A DNA stretch of 28,912 bases, taken from positions 7,450-36,361 of the forward strand of contig CAZSUE010000001.1 in NCBI GenBank assembly GCA_964609045.1, in the 5' to 3' direction. The position numbers were made by a program, and so were the translations under genes. Within the stretch, counting starts at the first letter, position 1. Each line of letters begins with the position of its first letter. The stretch is from an uncultured archaeon (GTDB lineage: Archaea > Thermoplasmatota > Penumbrarchaeia > CAZSUE01). Under the pieces are notes generated by a model. That model worked only from the letters and a program-made list of their open reading frames with translations. It was not told where the DNA came from and ran no database searches. Of the stretch, positions 1 to 6,900 are shown one piece after another.

Positions 1-335
1 CCATCCCCTCTACGCTCCGTCGTTCTTCTTTCACTGTGACGACACGAGTGTGCATGTCGAACGGTCATCGACACGCCCGGCACGATAATGAACCGGACCC
101 AACGAGCGCGCATCGATAGGCTCCATTCCAGCGGGCCGGACCCGACCACCGGAGAACGGATACATGGTCACGCACCACGCACATATACGACCGGTCCTCG
201 GACGATAGACCCATCGACGCACGGTCGACGAATGGGACAGCGTGTACCGCAAACCAGAGCCGGAACTGCTTCTCGCACGGCCACAAATCGTGTTCATCGT
301 TACTTCGATCGTTATAGGAACTATTCAAATGAGAC

Positions 336-357
336 ATATATTAAATCTGGCTTAAAA
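336..357 (-). promoter_or_regulatory. Candidate archaeal TATA-box promoter for a leftward transcript, divergent from lhr
   Basis: Minus strand reads TTTTAAG (357-351) and TTTAATATAT (345-336), an AT island in otherwise GC-rich DNA. The downstream gene could not be identified within the window. Confidence 0.4.
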
Positions 358-401
358 GTCATTCTCTCCCGAACAGATGATCGACCGAGGAGCCGATCCC
401 A

Positions 402-437
402 AACATACCGAACATACCGATCATACCGAACATACTG
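402..437. repeat. Four tandem 9-bp repeats, consensus AACATACCG
   Basis: AACATACCG AACATACCG ATCATACCG AACATACTG at 402, 411, 420 and 429. Confidence 0.9.
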
Positions 438-515
438 TCTGGTGGGCCCATTGCGAGACCTCCTTTTACTTTGAACGCAACGACCACGATCCACCACCGA
501 CCACGCTTCAGAGCT

Positions 516-529
516 TCAGAATTATATAT
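516..529 (+). promoter_or_regulatory. Candidate BRE/TATA promoter of lhr
   Basis: CAGAA followed by TTATATAT (522-529), about 47 nt upstream of ATG 576. Confidence 0.55.
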
Positions 530-563
530 TTTGAGATCTATATGGAGTGAATTCATATCTGCT

Positions 564-568
564 GGTGA
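564..568 (+). promoter_or_regulatory. Shine-Dalgarno site (GGTGA) of lhr
   Basis: GGTGA lies 7 nt before ATG 576 and matches the archaeal anti-SD. It supports 576 rather than the TTG at 471 as the start. Confidence 0.6.
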
Positions 569-575
569 CCACATC

Positions 576-3500
576 ATGGGCAATAATGTAATCAACGATA
601 CTGCCACACAAACGATCCTCGATCGATTCCATCCCCTCATCAAACAGTGGTTCCTAAGCCGCTATGCGCGGCTGAGCGATGCGCAACGCCAGGCGCTGCC
701 TCCGCTCCAGACCGGTGCAAATGTGCTCGTATCCGCACCCACCGGCGCAGGCAAGACCCTCACGGCGTTCCTTTCCGTGATCGACACACTCCTCGTAAAA
801 GGGTTCGACGACGAACTCGAAGACATGATCCATTGTGTCTACATCTCTCCGCTCAAGGCGTTAGCGAACGATATCCAGCGCAACCTCCACGAACCACTCG
901 CCGAGCTGAAGGATCTTGCCGAAGCCGAAGGGATGCCCTTCCCAAAGATCCGTGTGGGGGTGCGATCCGGCGATACGAGTCAGTACGAAAAACAGAAAAT
1001 GGTGCGAAAACCGCCTCATATCCTCATTACCACCCCGGAAACACTCTCCATCAGTATCGCGACCACGAAGTTCTCCCAGCGGTTCACCGATGTGCGGGTC
1101 GTCATCGTCGACGAGATCCACGAACTGTGCGCATCGAAGCGCGGCGTACAACTCAACCTCGCCGTCGAGATCCTCGCGCATCTCGTCGGTGGGACGGGAC
1201 CGCTGCAGAGGATCGGGTTGAGCGCGACCCAAGCGCCCATCGAGACGCTGGCGCGGTTCCTCGCTGGCCGGGATCGATCCGGCGACTGGCGGCCGATGGA
1301 GATCGTCGAGATCACCGACGAAGGGCGGCTCGAGCTCGAGCTCATCACGCCCGCCGCACTGGACGAGGTCGCCTACGAGGCCTCGCTGAACCAACTCTTC
1401 CCGCTCCTCCATTCGCTCGTGCGCGACCATTCCACCACGCTCATATTCACCAATACGCGAAGCACTACGGAGAAGGTCCTCCGCAGGCTGCAGAGCGAAG
1501 GGATCAAGAGCATCGCGGCACATCACGGCAGTTTGAGCAAGCACCACCGCGAGGATGTCGAAGCTTCGCTGAAGGATGGCGAGATACGCGCAGTCGTCAC
1601 CTCGACCTCACTGGAGCTGGGCATCGACATCGGCTACATCGATCTCGTATGCCAGATCGGCAACCCGAAAACCGTGGCGCGGATGATCCAGCGCATCGGC
1701 CGCGCCGGTCATTCTCTCCACGAAGAGTCGAAAGGACGCATGATCGTGGTCGATATCGGCGACCTCGTCGAAGGGACCGTCACCGTCGCATCCGCACGAG
1801 CCGGTCTCATCGATCGGATCGCCATCCCCGACCAGCCGCTCGATGTCCTCGCGCAGATGGTCATCGCCATGAGCCTCATCCAGTTCTGGACCGTCGATGA
1901 GGCGCTTGAGCTGATCAGAAGCGCGTACTGCTACCGCGACCTCTCGCGAAGCGACCTCGTCGCGGTGCTCGAGCTCCTCGCCGGCGACGCAAAGCTCGAA
2001 GCCATCAATATCTACCCCAAGATCTGGTATGACGAGGAGAGCGAACGGTTCGGGATACGACGCGGTACACGAATGATCTATTTCCAGAATACGGGCACCA
2101 TCCCCCAGAGCGCGTCGTACCGTGTCTACCTCTCCGAACGCAATATCGAGCTGGGAACACTCTCCGGCCCCTTCGTCGAGCGGCTCACCAAGCGCGATGT
2201 CTTCATCCTCGGCGGTAGTACCTACCGTCTCCAACGTATCCAGGGGCTCAATCTCTATGTCGAGCCCGCTCATGGCCGGAAGCCGACCATTCCATCTTGG
2301 ACCGGCGAGCAGCTCCATCGCAGCTACGATCTCTCCCGTACGATCGGGTCGTTCCTCCGCGCAGCCACGGCGCAACTCGCTCCAGACGCCCACAGCAGTG
2401 ATACGACGAACCGGGAGGCGCTTCAGCGCTGGCTCGAACTAGAGTACGGGCTCGATGTCGAGGTCGCAAGCACGATACAGCACCATCTCGTCGGGCAATA
2501 TTACGCTCTTGGCGATATCCTCCCCAGCGATCGTGTGATCGCCATTGAGGGCTATAAGGATCGACGCGGACGGTATCACCTCATTTTCCACGCACTCTTC
2601 GGTCGCTCGGTCAACGAGGTCCTCGCACGAGTGGTGGCGGACGCGATCGCCAAAAAGATGAGATGGCCGATCAGGTTCCATACCACCGACGACGGGTTCG
2701 CACTGGTGCTCGACCGATCCTACCCACTCGACGATAGCGAAACCATCCGCGCTCTTTTTGAGCCCACCAGATTGCACGAGCGTGTCCGGGCAGACCTCGA
2801 AGGGTCCGAACTCTACCGCCAGCGCTTCCGCCATGTGGCCACACGCGCGCTCCTCATCTTACGGCGCTACCGTGGGCACGACATCTCGCTGAAAAAACAA
2901 CAATACCGCGCCGAGCGCCTCCTCGAGCTCATTCGCAACCAGAGCCGCGACCAGTCACCCATCCGACGCGAGACCTATCGCGAGATCCTCGAGGACACTT
3001 TCGATCTCCCGCATGCACGCGAGATCCTCGAAGGTGTGGTCGCAGGCGAGATCGCGGTCCATTCCGCAGGATATCGGAAACAACCGTCGCCGTTCGCGCG
3101 CCAGCTCCTCACCCTCGACCCCGCGGACATACTGGCCATCCGCGATCGCGCAGTGCTCGCATCGGAGTTCGACAGCGAGACATTGGCGCGGATCCTCTCC
3201 GCGGGCTCCATATCGGCGGTCAGTTTCGAGCCGGCGTTGATCGAGTCGTACTTTTGTGAAAAACGACCGGCGGCGACGACGAGCCGAGCATTCTATCGTG
3301 CGGTACGCGACCTCATGCTCGTTCGCTGGGACGGATTCGAACGGGTGGACGCCCGAGACCGGAACGATACGGCGGCCCCTCACACTCCCACCGACTGCGA
3401 AGCGAGGGGCGATCATGAGCGCTGGCCACTGTCGGTCACTTCCATCACTGCCAATGAGGTGCCGCCTCAGAAACGGAACCAATGGTGTATTGATGGGCTT

Positions 3501-6164
3501 GAGAGAGGATCGCTCACCACTGTTCACATCGACCGCCCCTATCTCGTCGCGCCCGCAGCCCGTATCACGCTCCTCGCCGTATATGGAGAACAAGATGAGC
3601 TGGACGAACCCGAACGCGCTGCAATCAACGCACTACGCGGCGAGGAGAACCGGGAGAGCGACGGGAGCGCATTGACGCGCGCGGTTGTTGCAGCATTGGA
3701 AGCAAAGAACCGCATCCGACGTCGACATCATGCACCCACATTTGACGAGCCGTCGCATTGGATCGTCGAATCCGGCACCCGTACGCGAACGGGCGGGCGG
3801 GACGCAGAAGGAGCAGCGACCATACCGTACGACGAGGCGGTGGAGACGCTTCTCTCCGCCATGCTCAGCTATCGCGGCCCCACCACCCAAACGGCCGCGG
3901 AAACGGCGTTGATGCTGGAGCCAAGTCTCGTCGAGGCGGCGCTTCGCGACCTCGCCGATGCGAACCGCGTCGTTTCCGGCCATTTCACCTCCACCGAGAC
4001 CATCGAATACCTCCTCACGCGCGACCTCCTCAAGCTCGAACTGGCGCGTGCCGGCGAGACCAATGTCTACGATCGCGAATATGTCGCCCGATACCTCCTC
4101 GCTAAGGAGTTCACCGGCTATTCGACGGTGGAGGATTATTTCGAGCAGTTCGGTGCGGTGACCATGCTCCGGTCCGTGCTTGCGCGCGTGGACCAGTTCG
4201 ATATCCATCGCTGGGTCCAAAGGCTCCAGAGCGGCGCGATACTGAAGGGGCGGTTCATCAACGGCAGGGTCGGGTATATCCAGGCGGAGCGCGCGCCGAT
4301 GTATATCGCGCTCTATCGCCGCGCCGAGTTGCGCCCCATCGATCGCGATGTGAGGGAGTATATCGCCACACGGCCCGGTGCCACCTTGGTAGAGGTCCGC
4401 GCGCAGTTCAGCGAAAGTTATGCAAAGGACGACATCAACGATAGCCTGAAACTGCTTGATCGTAACCTCTATATCTGCCGCCATCCGGATATCGACACGG
4501 AACACGGCACCACCCGCCGGAACCGGTACCGCGTCCTCGAGGTGGAGCCGATGCCGATCAAAGAAGCGACCCGTGCCATCATTCGGCAATACCTCCGCGC
4601 CCACGGCCCCTGTCCCATCAGAGAGGTCCGCAACGCCGTCGGATTGACCCATGAGACCGTGGATAGCATGCTCAAACAGTTGGTGGACGAGGACGAAGCC
4701 GCGCGGATCGTCACCGTGGGCCAACAGCCCATCGAGATGTATCTCCTCGAGGACGAATTGGATCAACTCAGCGACTTCACCATCGAGAGAACCGTCCTCC
4801 GGATACTTCCTTACTACGATCCGTATTGCGACACGATCCGGAACCGTCTCCTCGCGCGGTTCGGCGATGGCTGGTATTCGCCGGTGATCTACGGCGATGC
4901 GGTGGTGGGCGCGATCTTCCACCGGCGCGCGGGGAGTTATCTCGATGTGGAGGATCTGCAAATCGAGGCGGCACAGATCGACCCGTTCCTCGCCGAGATC
5001 GACCGCTTCATGCGCTATTATCGGATGCTGAACATCGATATTATCCGGATCGCGCGCCTGAACGGGCAACCGGTTGCCAAAACGCGACTGGAGATCCTCG
5101 CACCGTTTCTCGAAGCGGGGTTCGTGATCGTCGACGGACAGCTCGTTCAGGGTGAGATCTACCCAACATCCTACGCACCCTCGGAACTGCTCAACCTCGT
5201 GCTCTATGCACAACATATCATCCCCGAGCGGCGGTTCGACGACCCCATTACCGCGTTCAAACGTCATGGCGGGTTCCGCAACGCGCAAGAGATCAGCTTG
5301 CGGGTCAATACCAAGATGTACGCGTTGAAGGATTTTGCACGGAACCACGATCTGCGGAAAGCGAAGCTTATCCCGAGCTATCTCACCTTCTGTCGCGCGG
5401 CGGAGCTGCCCATCTATAAAGCTGCGAAGAATAAACCGATCACCGACGAGATGCGTGCGGTGCTCGCGCTCGTTAGGTTCGGGGAGCAATACACCTCGAA
5501 GCAGCTCAAGGAACGCGCACCGCTCGCAAAGTCGAAGTTTCGCAGTGTGCTCAACCAGTGCTTCGACGGACTCTATCTCACCCGCAATTCGATGAACCGG
5601 ATTTTGCGCGTGCCGGACCTCGAAGGGCTCAGCCAGTACGATGCGCGGGTACTGGTGCTCAAACGTCTTCTTCGCACCTTTGGCGTCGTGAGCCTCACAC
5701 AGCTGTCCAAGATCACGAAATACGAATACAAGCGCCGCGAACTGCGACGATTATTGAGCGAGTTCGAGGACCAGGGTTTGATCTCGCGCGGCTTTTTCAG
5801 GCGCGGCGAAGACCAGCTCTATTTCATCGTCAACGAGTTCATCCCTGTGATCGGCGAATATGAGATGAACGAACGCTGGGTGCTCTGCCCGCAAGATCAA
5901 CTATTTAGATATCTCGAGGACGAGGTCCGCGAGCGGTTCGACCTCACCGGCTGTTATGTGATCTTCGCCGAGACGAGGATGGTGGGCGCGTTCCACGGTA
6001 AGACCAAGCGCGAGCAGTTCATCCTCGATACGATGATCGGCGGTGAGCGCGAGAAGAGGACGATGCGACGGTATATCGCCAAACAGAACTGGACACTGAT
6101 CGAGACCGATGTGGAGTACGGCCCCGCCCCCAATATGACTGGTGGGACGATGATCGGGAGCTAA
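576..6164 (+). CDS. lhr: Large Lhr-family SF2 ATP-dependent helicase (about 1862 aa) with an extended C-terminal winged-helix/AlkZ(HTH_42)-like region
   Basis: Walker A APTGAGKT (735-758), DEIH (1110-1121), GLSAT, HHGSLS, TSTSLELGIDIG, QRIGRAGH, Lhr-typical IPSWTGEQL and DEAD/H-associated region. The C-terminal half has YLRAHGP, LPYYDPY, LLRTFG and LCPQDQL motifs. The ORF track begins at 471; the start was moved to ATG 576 because of the SD and TATA. Confidence 0.92.
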   Translation: MGNNVINDTATQTILDRFHPLIKQWFLSRYARLSDAQRQALPPLQTGANVLVSAPTGAGKTLTAFLSVIDTLLVKGFDDELEDMIHCVYISPLKALANDIQRNLHEPLAELKDLAEAEGMPFPKIRVGVRSGDTSQYEKQKMVRKPPHILITTPETLSISIATTKFSQRFTDVRVVIVDEIHELCASKRGVQLNLAVEILAHLVGGTGPLQRIGLSATQAPIETLARFLAGRDRSGDWRPMEIVEITDEGRLELELITPAALDEVAYEASLNQLFPLLHSLVRDHSTTLIFTNTRSTTEKVLRRLQSEGIKSIAAHHGSLSKHHREDVEASLKDGEIRAVVTSTSLELGIDIGYIDLVCQIGNPKTVARMIQRIGRAGHSLHEESKGRMIVVDIGDLVEGTVTVASARAGLIDRIAIPDQPLDVLAQMVIAMSLIQFWTVDEALELIRSAYCYRDLSRSDLVAVLELLAGDAKLEAINIYPKIWYDEESERFGIRRGTRMIYFQNTGTIPQSASYRVYLSERNIELGTLSGPFVERLTKRDVFILGGSTYRLQRIQGLNLYVEPAHGRKPTIPSWTGEQLHRSYDLSRTIGSFLRAATAQLAPDAHSSDTTNREALQRWLELEYGLDVEVASTIQHHLVGQYYALGDILPSDRVIAIEGYKDRRGRYHLIFHALFGRSVNEVLARVVADAIAKKMRWPIRFHTTDDGFALVLDRSYPLDDSETIRALFEPTRLHERVRADLEGSELYRQRFRHVATRALLILRRYRGHDISLKKQQYRAERLLELIRNQSRDQSPIRRETYREILEDTFDLPHAREILEGVVAGEIAVHSAGYRKQPSPFARQLLTLDPADILAIRDRAVLASEFDSETLARILSAGSISAVSFEPALIESYFCEKRPAATTSRAFYRAVRDLMLVRWDGFERVDARDRNDTAAPHTPTDCEARGDHERWPLSVTSITANEVPPQKRNQWCIDGLERGSLTTVHIDRPYLVAPAARITLLAVYGEQDELDEPERAAINALRGEENRESDGSALTRAVVAALEAKNRIRRRHHAPTFDEPSHWIVESGTRTRTGGRDAEGAATIPYDEAVETLLSAMLSYRGPTTQTAAETALMLEPSLVEAALRDLADANRVVSGHFTSTETIEYLLTRDLLKLELARAGETNVYDREYVARYLLAKEFTGYSTVEDYFEQFGAVTMLRSVLARVDQFDIHRWVQRLQSGAILKGRFINGRVGYIQAERAPMYIALYRRAELRPIDRDVREYIATRPGATLVEVRAQFSESYAKDDINDSLKLLDRNLYICRHPDIDTEHGTTRRNRYRVLEVEPMPIKEATRAIIRQYLRAHGPCPIREVRNAVGLTHETVDSMLKQLVDEDEAARIVTVGQQPIEMYLLEDELDQLSDFTIERTVLRILPYYDPYCDTIRNRLLARFGDGWYSPVIYGDAVVGAIFHRRAGSYLDVEDLQIEAAQIDPFLAEIDRFMRYYRMLNIDIIRIARLNGQPVAKTRLEILAPFLEAGFVIVDGQLVQGEIYPTSYAPSELLNLVLYAQHIIPERRFDDPITAFKRHGGFRNAQEISLRVNTKMYALKDFARNHDLRKAKLIPSYLTFCRAAELPIYKAAKNKPITDEMRAVLALVRFGEQYTSKQLKERAPLAKSKFRSVLNQCFDGLYLTRNSMNRILRVPDLEGLSQYDARVLVLKRLLRTFGVVSLTQLSKITKYEYKRRELRRLLSEFEDQGLISRGFFRRGEDQLYFIVNEFIPVIGEYEMNERWVLCPQDQLFRYLEDEVRERFDLTGCYVIFAETRMVGAFHGKTKREQFILDTMIGGEREKRTMRRYIAKQNWTLIETDVEYGPAPNMTGGTMIGS

Positions 6165-6242
6165 AACAAGATTCGCCGCTCGAACCTCATATTCCATTCC
6201 ACCACCGGTAATGCGTCCCGTCGCTCTCAACGATCACCGTCA

Positions 6243-6302
6243 ATGGATGGATGAATGGATGAATGTATGAATGTATGAATGAATGGATCGATCGATCGAT
6301 CG
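6243..6302. repeat. Tetranucleotide tandem array: 11 x ATGN followed by 4 x ATCG
   Basis: ATGG ATGG ATGA ATGG ATGA ATGT ATGA ATGT ATGA ATGA ATGG ATCG ATCG ATCG ATCG read directly. Confidence 0.9.
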
Positions 6303-6346
6303 AGCGCACCCCGTCACACTCTATCGATCTGGACAGCCCCATGCGC

Positions 6347-6360
6347 CGAATATTTTTATG
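6347..6360 (+). promoter_or_regulatory. Candidate BRE/TATA promoter giving a leaderless hjc transcript
   Basis: CGAA-TA-TTTTTATG ends 21 nt upstream of ATG 6382, the spacing expected when the start codon is at or near the TSS. No SD is present. Confidence 0.5.
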
Positions 6361-6381
6361 CCCGGAACGAAATATGGGTCC

Positions 6382-6900
6382 ATGGGTACTGAATACGAGC
6401 ACGAACTTCGCCGCGTCCTCGCCGGCGACATGGATATGATCGACCAAGTCACGCGCTCCTGCGATCTCCTCACCACGGACAAGTACCGGAAAGTGGCTTC
6501 CAAACCGTTCCTCGTCGTCCGTGCGGCGGGGTCGGGGCCGTTCGACCTCGTCGCCCTACGAGAGGACATATCGTTCCCCATCGAGGTGAAAAGCTCGAAG
6601 AACGACCGGCTCTATCTCAGTACGGGGAGACTCGCCGACCAGCTCGAATCGCTCACCTCCACCTGCACCCGCTCCGGATTGGTCCTCCTCTATGCTTACC
6701 GGCTCAAGCGTGTGCACGGCGATTCCTGGCGCGTCTTCACCCCGCCGACAGAAGACCTCTCCGGCCGGCTCGCCATCCTCCATCGGCGGATACCAAAACT
6801 GCGCCAGACCCCAAAGGGGAACCATGTGATGGACTGGGGACACGGCATGCCGCTGCATGCATTCATCGACTACCTCTGTACCGATGTGGAAGACATATGA
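6382..6900 (+). CDS. hjc: Hjc-like archaeal Holliday junction resolvase, PD-(D/E)XK nuclease (172 aa)
   Basis: N-terminal MGTEYEHELRRVL (Hjc G..ERE helix), RAAGSGPFDLVA and IEVKSS catalytic motifs. The ORF-track extension to 6283 runs through the GATC repeat and is unlikely to be translated. Confidence 0.75.
   Translation: MGTEYEHELRRVLAGDMDMIDQVTRSCDLLTTDKYRKVASKPFLVVRAAGSGPFDLVALREDISFPIEVKSSKNDRLYLSTGRLADQLESLTSTCTRSGLVLLYAYRLKRVHGDSWRVFTPPTEDLSGRLAILHRRIPKLRQTPKGNHVMDWGHGMPLHAFIDYLCTDVEDI

Noticed and set aside
402-437. Tandem repeats considered as a CRISPR array or iterons
   Set aside because: The units are 4-9 bp with no spacers, and there are no cas or rep genes nearby.
471-575. ORF-track N-terminal extensions of lhr (471), hjc (6283), the giant gene (26950) and the coiled-coil gene (27122)
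   Set aside because: They run through TATA boxes or repeats. Downstream ATGs have proper SD or promoter spacing and match family N-termini or the signal peptide.
3633-5489. 618-aa minus-strand ORF antisense to lhr (also 861..1547, 1608..2393 and 647..1900)
   Set aside because: Shadow ORFs of a strongly biased, high-GC coding strand. They have no motifs and lie wholly within a well-supported gene.
576-6164. Intein as the explanation for the large size of Lhr
   Set aside because: No C/S...HN-C/S/T splice junctions or LAGLIDADG motifs were seen, and the helicase motifs are normally spaced.
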